Both the position numbers and the translations under genes were made by a program. A stretch of DNA of 61,882 nucleotides, filler included. It is 6 parts of 6 records of this genome, joined end to end, with 100 filler letters (N's around TTAATTAATTAA, not from the genome) between each part and the next. Parts side by side here need not be neighbours in the genome. Positions count along the whole stretch, not along the records: positions 1 to 9,737 come from SRR2962707_3967; positions 9,838 to 18,718 come from SRR2962707_3972; 4 more parts are not named here. The stretch is one strand, 5' to 3'. The notes below the pieces were generated by a model. That model ran no database searches. It was given only the letters and a program-made list of their open reading frames with translations, and was not told where the DNA came from. Below are positions 1 to 12,236 of the stretch, piece after piece. Every line of letters begins with the position of its first letter. Position 1 is the first letter of the stretch.

Positions 1-238
1 AACGCAGCCAATGAAAACGCACGGCTGCGTTCACCCCGAGAAGAAGCGAGAAGGCCGAGCCTTGTGGCGCCCTGTGCTGACCGTCTGAGTCTTTGCCAGT
101 CGGCCCACCGTCACTTTTGCCCCTCTCCAAAGTAGCTTCCAGTGCGGACAAGCTTGGAGAGCGACACAGTTTTATTTGTGCCGTGGAATCTGTTTTTTGC
201 TTGCAGTTGCGCAAACCTTCTTTTGAAGTAATAGACTG

Positions 239-745
239 ATGTGGAGTGCTGCCCGCGTTGCGGGAGCCGCGTTGAGGCGGCGACCGTGTGAAGTTGTTGG
301 GAGTTGTGTTGGCAGTTCGCGCCGACTTTCAATCAGTCAGCGCACACTGCACGCGGGAAAGTATTTGAGGCAAATGGGCCGCACTGTCGGTTTTGCGGCG
401 TCCCGGTCCAAGGTGACGTTCTCGTTTGTTGAACCAAGCGGCGAGGAAATAGTAGTTGAGTGCGAGGAGGGGACAAACTTATTGGATTTGGCTCACGACA
501 ACGACATCGAGATGGAGGGCGCCTGTGGGGGAGAGTGTGCGTGTTCCACATGCCACGTAATTCTCGACGAAGGTTTGTACGCCCGGCTCGAAGCGGATGC
601 TGAAATAGATGAAGAAGAAGAGGATATGCTTGATCTTGCAATCGGTCTGACAGACACGTCGCGGCTCGGATGCCAAGTGAAGGTCAAAGCACACTTTGAG
701 GGGGTCAAAATCCGACTTCCGGATGAGGTTGAGAGTTTTTATTAG
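239..745 (+). CDS. Mitochondrial adrenodoxin-type [2Fe-2S] ferredoxin (eukaryotic)
   Basis: Motif EGACGGECACSTCHV...EEEDMLDLA...SRLGCQ with four cluster cysteines. The N-terminus is Arg/Ser-rich and acid-poor, like a mitochondrial presequence. Single exon. Confidence 0.95.
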   Translation: MWSAARVAGAALRRRPCEVVGSCVGSSRRLSISQRTLHAGKYLRQMGRTVGFAASRSKVTFSFVEPSGEEIVVECEEGTNLLDLAHDNDIEMEGACGGECACSTCHVILDEGLYARLEADAEIDEEEEDMLDLAIGLTDTSRLGCQVKVKAHFEGVKIRLPDEVESFY

Positions 746-827
746 GCTCAATTTTAATTAATAATGAGTAAGTAGATTTTGTCAGACGCACAGAAAACAA
801 GAACGTGAGAAATTGCGGCACAAGACA

Positions 828-2342
828 TCACTCTGATTTGTGGCCGCTTGTCGCTCCAGGCGATTGAGCTTCAGTGTTACTGTTTTTGGCAGTGCCTTCA
901 GTGCCGGATTCAACTGGAATAAGCGCCCAAGGACAGCACTTTTGCAGCTGAGTTTCAAGAGCTCGGGCCATCGATGTTTGCCCGAGTACCGCTGTGACAA
1001 TCGTTACCTCTCCATTGTCAGAATCAAAAACCTTCCCAGTTGTCTGGGCACAACAATAACCATGTCAGGTCCAACGGAGGCCAGCATCTGACAACGCCAC
1101 TCAGGTTGCGCACAATCGAAAACGTACCTTTACAAAGTGCTGCACCATGTCACGGACAGCATCGCGAACGCACACTATGGTTGGGATTCGGATGGAGTTT
1201 CGAGCAAGAGCACCAAGCAGAAAATCTCCACTTTTAACGTCAAGCGATCGCCTTGGTGATAAATCTGTGGACGATGACTGAACGCCGTTCTTGATCACCA
1301 CACACGCCGCGCAAGATGCCAAACCTGGGCGTGCAGGGATAACGCTCTGTTGGAGAATGCCGTTTTTTTTCCACATGACGAAGACATTTGCATCCTGAGA
1401 ACCATCACTGACTGCTGCGTCCACTGCTCGGGCGCCACCGCCGCCGCCGCCGCCACCGCCTCCATCGCTGCCGCAGACGGACAATATGACACTTGGTTGA
1501 GTTGAGAAAATCAAGCACGATTCTTCGGACAAACGGCGCGCAATGACTTTGGCTGACAGCTTCAAAAACCGTTCATTCGAATCGAAAAGAACAACAACTG
1601 GTATTCGAGACTCAGGTGGGTTGAACCCAGTCTCAACTACACCCTCAGGCTTCACCACAATCTGGGGCTGGAACTCGATCTTCCCCTTGCGGCAGCTCTT
1701 TTCGCTTCGTATTTTGACTGAGTGCAAGGGGACGTGAGCCTGAGTGGTTGGCGGAGACACAGCCCCACCAATCCGAACATCGGACAGCAATGAAGATGCC
1801 CGTGACCGCTGCCCGTAGGAAAATGCCGTGCCCGACGATGGGCTCAAAGCCGACGCGTTGCGCCGTATGGACACATCCCGAACATTACGCACAGGGTTGA
1901 AGCCACCTGCGCCACCAGCGCTAGCGTTCGCATTAGCAGCAAGAGCGTGTAAGTTCCGTCCACTGCTAGAACGTGATAGCTTGGACTCAGCAGCAGCAGC
2001 AGCAGCAGTTCCTCCAGGGGAAGTTGCGCCGAGCGGCGTCTCAGTGCCGACCGACAGCTTCCGGAAAATACCTGTCACAATAACACGGCGCCATTCCGTG
2101 AGTGGATCTCGGAGCAACCACCAAAACGCGCGAGGATGCAAGGTTGTTGGAAGTGGTTCAAAGAGCCGAACTGAAAACAAATTGAATAAAAGCGCTTACG
2201 AGAAGAGTCTCCAGTTGAGTGTTTGCCTTCCATTCTGGGTCCCGTCTTCACCGCCTCTGGCTTCACATTTGGTTGGTAGGGGCGAAAAACACGAGAAATG
2301 CTTCTGCCACAATTTGTTTTCAATCCTCATTTTTACTATCAT
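828..2342 (-). CDS. Hypothetical multi-exon eukaryotic protein; 5' and 3' ends approximate
   Basis: A 359-aa ORF (1101-2180) has a GTACGT donor after ...QHFVK. A plausible last exon (TTGKVFDSDNGEVTIVTAVLG...) stops at 828-830, and a plausible upstream exon ends at a GTAAG donor near 2199. No family recognised. Confidence 0.5.
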
Positions 2343-2423
2343 GGCGCTACGTCGCAACGCTGATACAAAGTGGAGCACGCGGGATACAGCCTGCACCACA
2401 CGTTCCGACTCAAGATTGAAAAG

Positions 2424-3303
2424 TGTCTCCTGTGCGCGGGAGCCCCAGGGCAGTCACCTGGGTTTGGACAGACCCACAGCCCCGCCACTCACAACTCACA
2501 GCTTTGGACTGGTCACGTACATTACATACGGACGGACGACTTCCGTTCTCGTCACGTACGTTGCATACGGACGGACGGAAGCAGAAGACGAACAAGAAGA
2601 CGAAGAGCAGGAACTTACTTGGGCAGCGACGAAGGAAGGAGCTCTCCCTCCCTTCGTGTGGACGGCCAGCAGCCACGAGTCCTGGGACTCACTGACAGCC
2701 ACAACGCACGAAACGGACAACTACAAACCGGTAAATAGATATTGCTATTATTACCGGTGATTTGATCAGAGTTGGGAGGATGATTGGTCAAACATGACAT
2801 ACAACATACATCACATACATACCATACATCATACAGCATTCATCATACAAGGTGCACTGTAACTTGCTTGTTTGTTTGTTTGTTGTGTGAATAATAACCG
2901 TGGTCTTCTTTGTTTGTTGTTTGTGAAAGGATTGATTTGAGGGATTGGTGAGTGATGACTTGTTGTGTGTGTGTTGTGTGTTGTATGCATGTGATGATTG
3001 GTGTGATTTGGTATTACATGTAGTTGTTATTTGTTATTTGTGATGAGTGGAGGCTTGAGTGGCGAGTGAACAGTGAACAGTGCGGGGCGAATGATGAGTG
3101 AAGATACCCGCTGACCATTCAAAAAGAAGCCGCTTACGAAGAGGCCAATGGGTCTGTCCTGTTAGTTTGTGTCTCCCTCTTGTTGTGTGCAGTGAGTGCA
3201 TGCAGTTGTTGTGCCAGTCTTTTCTCTTCACCTGCTGCTCCGCCAGGTGCTCAGCCCAGTCCAGTGAGCGCCAACCACGAACAGTCTTTTGGTAAACGAG
3301 ACA
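2424..3303 (+). mobile_element. Candidate solo LTR or TE relic
   Basis: TG...CA ends: TGTCTC at 2424 with GAGACA at 3303, or TGTGCGCGG at 2431 with CCACGAACA at 3283. Inside are a tandem repeat, a TATA-like TAAATAG (~2732), a CA-rich tract, AATAATAA (~2890) and then a GT-rich tract. No clean target-site duplication. Confidence 0.3.
2512..2577 (+). repeat. 27-bp direct repeat, two copies (GTCACGTACRTTRCATACGGACGGACG)
   Basis: Copies at 2512-2538 and 2551-2577 with two mismatches. Confidence 0.85.
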
Positions 3304-3909
3304 ACAATGTAATTTTTACCCAATGTGAACTAAGTTAGTCTACAATACGACACGCCTGTACCTATTATATAGTTATTGAAATGAAGAACCGTAGGCACGC
3401 AATAGCAGAAAAGAACATCGTAAGGGTGGCTTTGATAGACATCAGGCCAGGTTCCTGAACTGACAACCTACAACGTAATTCCGTTGTTCGATTCCAACTC
3501 TTCGCTTCTTCTTCTTCGCTGTGTGCTTGCTCCGTCTCCTGCGTCTTGCTTGCTCTCTTCTTCTGCAGACGTTGAGCGTTGTCACATTGTCACCGCCTAA
3601 TAAATAGGTCAAGGGCGACGCCAAAGGCAGGAGAGGGCTGCCCTGCCTCACGACAAACCGAACCGACATCGTCATTCGACGGAAAAGGAGGCGTTGTTAG
3701 TCTTGGAGAAAGTGAAGCAGTTGCAGAGTGGTAGTTGTCCACCGGGAGGGAAAAATCATTTAGGGAAGGTCGAGGTGCCGCTTCTTGGGGTGCATTGAAT
3801 TCTGAGGCCTGCAGGGTCACTCACACAACTTTTTGCTTGTTGCACCTGCGGCTGACGGAATTTTTGTCCAGCATTGCTTTTGTTAAAAAGGGTCAGCCTG
3901 AAGTAGGCC

Positions 3910-5463
3910 ATGGAGAAAACGATGCGCACTGCTATTTTGGTCGGACTGTTTTGCACAGTGACCGCAGTCCCTGGGGTACCCGAGGTGTACTCAGGCGAAT
4001 TAAACTTGAACAGTGGCTACGGAGCGGTTATAATGGGAGGCTACTCCAATACAGTTGCAGCGACTGCTACGGATGCCTCCCTCATGGGCGGAGATTCGAA
4101 TAAAATTGACTCCCCTCAGTCGGTTCTCGTTGGCGGTGCGAACAATTGGGCAAAGGGGAATTCAGCAGAGCTGGAAACTCTGTTTGGAGGCAGTGTCAAT
4201 CGCGTTGAGTCAAAGCAAGCATCATTGGTTGGGGGTCGTACCAACCGTGCACGGGCAAGGTACTCGAGCATTGGAGGCGGGTACAACAATCTTGTCACCG
4301 GGAGATTTGCTGGTGTTGCTGGCGGAACGTCCAATACAGTTCGTGGCAAGTACGGGAGCTGTCTCGGAAATTACGGGGCGGTGCGGAAAGACAACAGCCT
4401 CATCGTCAACCTGCTCGGTTCCCGCAAAGTTCTCGAAACTCCCAACACGGTAGCCATGTGGGGCGATAAGTTTTTCATCAATGGACATGATCTCGACGAA
4501 GTGATCGTTGCTACGTCTCGTCGGGAACGACGGCTTGGTGCAGCTTTGCTGCACCATGTGAGCGAAGCCCCGATCAGCAAAGTCTCCGACCACGCTCACG
4601 CGCAAGCACAACTTCTTTCACAAAAAATTGCTGAGCTGCGTGAAGCTGTGCTTGGATTGAAAAGTGATGTTGCAGAAAGTGCAGCTCACACAGAGACATC
4701 TCGGCGGAAGCTTCGTGAGTTCGAGGGTGCTTTAGAACCTGTTGTCTCTTCGTTTGACAGGAGCATGCAAACTGCACCAACAGTTAAAGCTGATGATGAG
4801 CACAGCTTTCTTCGAGCGTACACTCCCGCTGATGAGTTCGTTGAGCAAAAGACATTGCCACACGAACAAATGAAGTTCTTCCAGCGTTCGCGTTTTTTGC
4901 GTGCAGCTACTGTACCACTTGAAGATGAAGTGGGTGACATGTCGGGCACATTCAAAAGCAAAGACATTGGCCAGGAGTTCAACTGGGCGCAAAGTAGTCC
5001 TCCTCAGAGCAAGTTCCCGATTCCGTCACACCTGCTTGAAAAATGGAAGGCATCCAGAGCTGCATGGCATCGACGGGAACGTAGCCGTCGCCTCAGGCGT
5101 CACCTCACAAACATCAACTCTGATTATCCTAAAGATGGTACCATGGCGCAAGAGTACCACGAAACGATGACGGCACGCATGGACGACATTGACAGCCGCC
5201 TCGCGTCCACACAAGACCGTCTTGCAGTCCAAGAAACGTACATTGGTGCTGGTCAATTAATTGGTGATTTCGATTGCACTGATTTGGAGCGGGAAACTTA
5301 TGGATTCGGGCCATGCAATATCTGCGGCGACATTCCACGATTGCAATTTCGGGCATCTGACCCAGGGTCTGGTGGACCTGCTGTCTTGCTTTGTGACGGC
5401 GGTGGTGAATTTACCACTGATCTGGAGCTATTGACGAGCGGTTCATGGGTGGCACTCGTGTAG
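3910..5463 (+). CDS. Secreted protein with GGxxN beta-roll repeats (trimeric adhesin or fibre head-like), coiled coils and a Cys-rich C-terminus
   Basis: Signal peptide (MRTAILVGLFCTVTA) and seven ~15-aa repeats (GGYSN, GGDSN, GGANN, GGSVN, GGRTN, GGYNN, GGTSN). Heptad segments LSQKIAELREAVLGLKSDV and MDDIDSRLASTQDRL. Intronless, 517 aa. Confidence 0.75.
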   Translation: MEKTMRTAILVGLFCTVTAVPGVPEVYSGELNLNSGYGAVIMGGYSNTVAATATDASLMGGDSNKIDSPQSVLVGGANNWAKGNSAELETLFGGSVNRVESKQASLVGGRTNRARARYSSIGGGYNNLVTGRFAGVAGGTSNTVRGKYGSCLGNYGAVRKDNSLIVNLLGSRKVLETPNTVAMWGDKFFINGHDLDEVIVATSRRERRLGAALLHHVSEAPISKVSDHAHAQAQLLSQKIAELREAVLGLKSDVAESAAHTETSRRKLREFEGALEPVVSSFDRSMQTAPTVKADDEHSFLRAYTPADEFVEQKTLPHEQMKFFQRSRFLRAATVPLEDEVGDMSGTFKSKDIGQEFNWAQSSPPQSKFPIPSHLLEKWKASRAAWHRRERSRRLRRHLTNINSDYPKDGTMAQEYHETMTARMDDIDSRLASTQDRLAVQETYIGAGQLIGDFDCTDLERETYGFGPCNICGDIPRLQFRASDPGSGGPAVLLCDGGGEFTTDLELLTSGSWVALV

Positions 5464-5506
5464 ATTATTATTGGTGTATTTCCAAATAACAATAAAGTTA
5501 TAGACA

Positions 5507-8500
5507 TTAAAAAGCAGCTGTTTCACCGGATGTGGATGACTTGGGTGTCGAGGGGAGAGGTGGCGCTTCGGTAGGCTTCCGGAGTTCCTCCGGCACGGTC
5601 TGCGAGGTGCCACTATTTTCACTACTCGGGGTTGCAGCGAAGCGGGGGCTGTGAGAGTCGTCTGTCGGAATCTCGGTACCATTCGTTCCGACCACTGTGC
5701 TTTCAGTCGTGGATGGTGCAACCGCTGCTTGTGATGCTGCTGGAAGAGAATCGAATGAGTTCAACGAAACGGTGCTTGGATGAGTCTCTGCTTTTGGAAC
5801 GGCACCGCTTTTTATGAGTCGAATCAAATTTTCGAGTGAAAGTCCCACTTCCTCGTTGCCACTTGCCACAGATTCTGCTTGCAAAGTTGCCAACTGTCGA
5901 ACCAAAGCGTGTACGAGGGGGTTCATGACGACGTCTCGAGCCGAGCTCCCTGAAAAGTGGGCTTGCACCTGCACGAAATTGTCGACGTACAAAAAGCCGA
6001 ACATCAGGGGCACATCAGATTGAACTTTGTTCGATACTGTCCCAGCAACCAAAGCAATAGCACGCGTACCTCTGCCCGTATGTGCTCGAGGTCTGAGAGT
6101 ATTGAGCTCTGCAATGTCATGCATGAATGGATGTGTAAGTTCTGTGTCACTGGAAACAAAGTGTCGACGCATGCAGTGTCAGGCACACATTGACGTACCT
6201 CAAGAGCTTGCACCGTGTTCAGTTGCAGCGCGGAGCCCGATCCAGCTTCGCCTGCTCTCAGCCCACGCAGGGCCGCATCGGTTCCCCGGCTTATAAACCT
6301 GCAACGTGGAGAATATTCTGCATGAAATGAACGTCTCTTGGAAAGGCGAATCATACCGACTCAAACAAAAGGGGTGCCGTACTGCTGGCGAGCCGTTTGA
6401 AGATGCGATTCTAATTCGTCCCGGATATTTTCCTCTTCTGTAGCACAGTGCAATCACGCTACGATGAGCACCAGTGCGTGCGTAAGTCGGAATCAGGACT
6501 CATCGCGAAGCTTGCGCCTACCTTCGCTGACTGTGGGCCCACCTCCACGTAGAAGTTGAACAAACGCGTTCCCACTGCCCCATTTGAAAAGTGATGTGCC
6601 AGCGCCTAACAGCTAGAGACAAAATGCAGTGTGCAAGCACAGGCTCACTGAAGTTCCTTAACTCATGGAGAAGCGTGACGTTCAAGAGCACACTGCCTTT
6701 CAGCTCAGCAAACCATTCGAACGGTTGCGACCCACCTGACCAAAAGCTGAACGGGTTTGGCTGAAGTTCAGAGTACGGCGTGTTACATTGCATCGGATGT
6801 CAAACTTCGAAATTTCCTCTCTCAGTGCCTGCAAGTGACACCGCCATGGCGGAAACAACAAAAAGCGACGTGTGACTGGTTTCAGTAAAATCTGATGAAA
6901 AAAGTCACTCCCTCAAAAAGAGAGCACATGAAAGAACAAGGCTGAAGTGGCTGTCGTTCCACCACACGACAAACTAACCATTGTGTGGGAGAGAGCAAAG
7001 AGTGGCGCCTAAGAAGTGAAACACAGTCCAATATTTAAGTACAGCCCCTGTGCAAATGTATTTGGTGACCAAGAGATGTCCTGACAGAAGCATAAGCACT
7101 GCGCACAACTGCATGTTCAAACAAACGTACTCGGAGAGGGTGCTTATCACGCAGAGATGCATCAATTGCCTCCGCAGTATCAAGCAACGACAGAAGGCAG
7201 GATTTTACACAGTCTTGACTCAGTGTTTGGAAGAGAGGAGGTTTGACACATCGAGACAATCGTCCGAGGAAAGCGCAGGCATTCTGCAAAATCGGGTGTC
7301 TCCTGCATACACCAGGTTCAGAGGCAATGTCTGTTTAAGGCTTTGACGATACAAAGAGGCAGCATGCCTGTGCGTGACCCACGTACTGGCTCCGTTGGTT
7401 GGAAGTCAGTGTCTTCCCAGACTTGCGAAGATCGAGGAGTTCCATGTATTTCTCATCCTGCCCACGAAAGTTGGCTCTTGAGCTCGGATGAATGTGAGAC
7501 TTCACAAAAGCTTCAGCACGATAGGCCAATCTTTCCTGAGTATCATGGAGTAGCTTGGACTTTATTGCGTCACGTGTGGCTTGAAGTGATAATTGAACGG
7601 ATGAAGTGTTTGGCACATTGTCGTCGTTCGCGCTACTACTTGAAGCAGCTGACGGGTCAGCAAGTAGCATGTCGATGACACCACAGAGCCGGAACATGTC
7701 TGCTTCCTGCACATCAAACACAGAGTGAATTCAATTGTGACGGATGTGTTGTTATCCACCATGGAGGCCTTGAGGCTTGCTGTGCAGCAAGCAAAAGTTC
7801 ACGGACTTTGATGATTTCGGCACGAAGTGCACCGTACAATGCATCCCCCAGGTAGTGTAACATGTTCCACAAGCTACTGTTGCGCTCGACTGAAAACGGG
7901 ATTTGGCTAGGACAAACACTGTTGACTGGAACGTTGTTCGACTCAGTCGAGGTGAGCCGAAGTCGACGGGCCAAAACCCGCGGGTTGACTGATGCAGACC
8001 GGAAATGTTGGTAGAAGTGCCGTACCTATACGTGACCAGATTTAAACATGCCACACAGCCTCTAACACAGCACGAGGAATTGCACAATGAACTGGCATCC
8101 TGGTGTCGCCGAGACGATGATAGTATACAAAACAAGCAACGTACCTCGCGGTCACAGAAACTGTCAAGTTCCAACAAGCTCGATCCCACCATGCCAAGAA
8201 GATCTCGCTGACGACAACGCAGCAGTAAGTTCGGAGTTCAACAAATTAGTCCATTCTGGAGAACAAAAATATTGAACACACAACAAAACGACGCAGCAGC
8301 ACGTGACTCGTAAAATGGTAGCAGAGCTGACCTGGGCGGGCGAAGGTGTAGCCGCCTCGTGCACACGTTGGCCGTCATTGATTCCTCCGGTGAGGCGAAT
8401 AACGTCACCAAGCCGTGCCTTAAAGTGCGGGGCTAACAGATTCAGTCGTAAAGAGCAGAAATACTCATGCAAATCCAGAAGCGCGTCCGCATACACGTTG

Positions 8501-9579
8501 ATTTCATTCGGTTGGGCAGAGCCGGGAAGATCGTGGAACCGCTTAGTTCGTAATGCGCTGTTGTCCGAAGTCCCGCTGCCCCCATCCGTGTTTTTTGAAA
8601 AACTTGCAAACGCAGCTCCCCGCTCCAAATTGACGATGAGCGGCTGAGCCGCACTTGAGTATGACAGAAATTTGACGTAGAAAGTTGAAGTGACCAATGC
8701 AGCGTTATCTTGGCGATGGCCGACGTCTTTCCTGGAAGTCACAACCTGTGCTTTGTCCGATTTCAATTCAACCGCGACTGGCGACGGCTTTGAGGAGGTA
8801 GCTGATGAGGAGTGCGGCGCCGCACTTTCCGCTCGAATACGAGAGACAGCGGCTTCAAAGTGAGCAATGACCTTGTCTTTCATGGCACCAACTAACTTGC
8901 GTTCAATTGCTTGGTACTTTGTGAGGTATTCTTGAGCATCGTGGAAGGTACTGTTTGCTTCCAGAAAACGAATGCACTCGCGTACGCGCATTCCTGTCTC
9001 GTGCATCAGCTTGTAGACTCGTTCATCGTCAAAATCTGCATGACGGTGGCGTTTGGATAAAATTTGCCCTTCAACGGTCGAGGAGATATGGACTAGGTCA
9101 TCAAAGTATTGAAGGGGCTTCTGGATTCGATCAGCGATCTGAGACAAGCGCGAAAACTCGTTGTTGAGCGATTCACAGTTGAAGTGCAAGTTTTGCAACG
9201 TGGTTGAAGTTTCAATGTTGGTGATCTCGATGTTGGACAAATGCTGCATGATGCTGTCCACACGCTGCACAACCTTGGTGGCTTCATCTTCGAGAAGCTG
9301 CAGCGTTGTTGTGACGTCAAGCTCGACTTTGCAAGCTTTCTCGGCGCCTACGTTTGCCCCAGAATCAAGACCAAAGTGGTCTGCGTAGAGTCGCACAAAT
9401 TCTTTCGTTTCTGACCACTGATGCTTTTGAACTTCATCACCAGAGCTATCAGAGTCCAAACTTGAGCGTGCGGGCGATGACATCGACGACTCCGATGAAG
9501 CAGGGCCTCGGACGATCCGCGAAATTTCTTTCAGTTTCTCCTTCAGGCCCGCGGGCACTTCATACTCTTGTTCCCACAT
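5507..9579 (-). CDS. COG3: Conserved oligomeric Golgi complex subunit 3 (Sec34), multi-exon
   Basis: Sec34-like region (LHFNCESL...IQKPLQYFDDL...ECIRFLEANSTFHDAQEYLTKY). Later exons carry COG3-like motifs LGDALYGALRAEII, LLHDTQERLAYRAEAFV and ALREEISKFD. GT-AG introns; ATG at 9579. Confidence 0.88.
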
Positions 9580-9708
9580 GGATGCGATGGCGCTGAGTAT
9601 CACATGCCCAGCAAGGACGGTGACAGATTTTTGCCCAGGAAGATTTTTCCTGTTTCGCGTTGGAACGACGAAACAGCCACTTTGCGGAGACTTCTTGTGT
9701 CTCTGCTT

Positions 9709-9737
9709 CACACGCACACACACACACACACACACAC
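9709..9737. repeat. (CA)n microsatellite at contig end
   Basis: Read directly from the sequence. Confidence 0.95.
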
Positions 9738-9837
9738 NNNNNNNNNNNNNNNNNNNNNNNNNNNNNNNNNNNNNNNNNNNNTTAATTAATTAANNNNNNN
9801 NNNNNNNNNNNNNNNNNNNNNNNNNNNNNNNNNNNNN
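9738..9837. other. Artificial contig-joining spacer
   Basis: N44-TTAATTAATTAA-N44, which puts stops in all six frames. Confidence 0.99.
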
Positions 9838-9923
9838 GTAGTAGTAGTAGTAGTAGCAGCAGCAGCGAGACCAGTGACACTGCTGTTGCGGTTCTTCCGC
9901 TGTCCGAACTTTCTCCCGCGCAG

Positions 9924-12129
9924 GTGTCGAGCCTGCTGCAGTCGTGGAACCTGGCCGACTTGGCGGCCTGCCTTGCCCAGGAAGCCGTGGATGGGGACAC
10001 ATTGCTTCACGCCGTTGTTGCAGACTTCGCCAACTCTCACTGCGAGGGGTTCGCTGTGCGCAGCCACCACTGGAGCAAGTTCTGGAGGAGGCTTGGCGAA
10101 CTGAGGTCGTCTTCGCAAGCCGAATCTTCTGCATCATCTCCTGTGATCTTTGTTCCACGTGCACGAGTGATTGCTCCCCAAAGTTATTCGCCCCCGTTGA
10201 GCGGAATCTCGCCTCGTGCCGAAGGACCAAGCCGACGAAACCTCGCTGGAGCAACTAGCGGGACTACCAAGGCTTCCGGCGTTCATGTGCGGACGGATTC
10301 AGCGTGCTTGGCACTGGGCCGTGACGCTGACGTGCAGCTCACGCGCACAGGCCTCGCTTCAGCAAATTTCACCGGAAGTCTGAACTTTGTGAACGGCACG
10401 CTGTCTCTCCCTGGTGTGCCTGATGTTGCCGCTGCAATATTGGAACTACTCAACCCGCCAAGCTGCCCCGCCGGCTTCTACGGCGAGGATTGCTCGCTTG
10501 ATGCTGACGACTGCGAGACTGCGTCCGTCCTTTTTTTGCTCTCTTCACCACCATTGCACGTCCCCTCCCGAGTCATTGCAACGCCCTCTGTTACATTTCC
10601 GATTTGCGTGTGTGTGATGTGACTGCAGACCGTGTGGAAATTTTGGAACCTGCGAAGACACTGGTACTCTGTCTTTTCAGTGCAACTGTGCAGAAGGATG
10701 GGGCGGAAGCCTGTGCTCGAACAGTACCCTGGCAACGGAATACTTATGCGACGGTACGGACCCTGTGTCAGTACAAGTTCCGTCAAATGCAATCGCAGCC
10801 AATGTGTGGCTTGCCGGTGCGGATGGTGGATGGAGCTACGACACTCGAACGCATGCATATGCGACAATGCAAGGATACGGAGGTGTGTTTTCTGGGCGGT
10901 CCCGACATAGATGTACATGACATGCAGCAGAGTGAAACACTTTTACCATGGGCTTGAGCGTCGAAGGCTTTTGCAACTGAACAATGATGGGCTTGCAACT
11001 CAGGTCTTACAAATGTCACTTTTAATGTCACCGCGGGCGACACTCTCACGCTGTATGTTGGCTGCAACGGGGAACGGGGAGAAGATGGCTATATGTATGG
11101 TGGTGGTGGCGGTGGGGGCTCCGCTGTCATGCACAACGAAACTTTGATGGCAGTTGCTGGAGGCGGCGGTGGAGCATCTGGCGCCACGGACAACGGCTAC
11201 GAAGGCGGATACGGTGGTGGCGGTGGAGGTCCGACGGTAAGCTTTCAAGTTTTCAGACACTTTTGTGCGTACAGTTGGCTTGTGTACGTTGTATCACATT
11301 TAGGCTACGATCGGGTGCTTTGGTTAACCACCATCTGGCGCTCTGCATCGTTTAGGGCGAACAGGGCGGCTATGACGGGTGTGGGGGCGGAGATGGCGCG
11401 ACAGGTACGGTTGTGATGGCCATCTTTGGGGTTGTGTATTATTTGGGGTGCTGCCTGGAGTGCGTGTTAATGTTGCCGCAATTGGTTGTAGGTGGTTCGC
11501 AGACCGGTGTAGGGTCAGGTGGTGATGGAAATCGCGATGAGCCTAGCGGCAGCGACGGAGATGGGTCTGATGGTGGGGATTGTGGAGGAACGACCGGGTG
11601 TGTTTTCTTGTTGCGGGCGCGTCGAACTTCTGCTAGTAGCAAAAGGAATGCATCTTACTGTGTATGCTGTTTCATCTTGCCAGATGTGTCACAAAGGGGG
11701 GTTGGGGCTACGGTTCTGGCGGCTGCGGCTGTGCCAAGGCAAGTGATGGCGGCGGCGGTGGCGGCGGAGGAGGTTTCTTTGGCGGTGGTGGCGGCGGCAG
11801 CGGGTGCCATGGCACGGTAAGCCACTGTCATTTTTTGATAGGTATTACTTTTTGTCCCAAAACTGCGCAGACTGACTCAGCGTGCCTTTGTTGTCCTTTG
11901 TTGGGGCCAGGGCGGCGGAGGAGGCAGCGGCTATTGCAGTCCTGGCGTTTTATCGTGCGTTTCGACGATGCGTGCAGATGGTGAGTGTCGATGTGGAAAG
12001 TGCATGCGACGATGTTGCTAACATCCAATTGCCACGGTCATTAATTGTGCTCTTGGTCTTTCCCGCTGTGCAGGCCATGGCTACGAGTTCTTCTCTGGAT
12101 TTGCAGTTCTCTCCTACGAGTTCGAGTAG
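9924..12129 (+). CDS. Multi-exon protein, 5'-incomplete: SAM-like helical domain, EGF-like domain and ALK/LTK-type glycine-rich domain
   Basis: Spliced reading gives VSSLLQSWNLADLAACLAQEAVDGDTLL...HWSKFWRRL (SAM-like), then CPAGFYGEDC and DADDCET/PCGNFGTCEDTGTLSFQCNCAEGWGGSLC (EGF). It continues VWLAGADGG...VTAGDTLTLYVG...GGGGGGSAV...AVAGGGGGA...GGGGGSGY. Stop TAG at 12127-12129. Confidence 0.75.
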
Positions 12130-12236
12130 GGTTCAACGATTCTGAGAACCCGTTCATTGTAGCCCACGTTAGTGAGAGACAGTTCTGAGCGGATTGTGTT
12201 TAATTTACATCATGCACTCCATATCGGTGGGCAAAG

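Noticed and set aside
828-1650. Faint resemblance to a phosphoribosyltransferase (UPRT-like) fold
   Set aside because: No PRPP-binding motif is present and the similarity is too weak to support by eye.
1828-2760. 310-aa plus-strand ORF
   Set aside because: It is antisense to the minus-strand gene and runs into repeat sequence, with no protein-like motifs.
4885-4930. Oomycete RxLR effector motif (RFLR...EDE)
   Set aside because: It lies more than 300 aa from the signal peptide and is better read as one of several basic processing sites.
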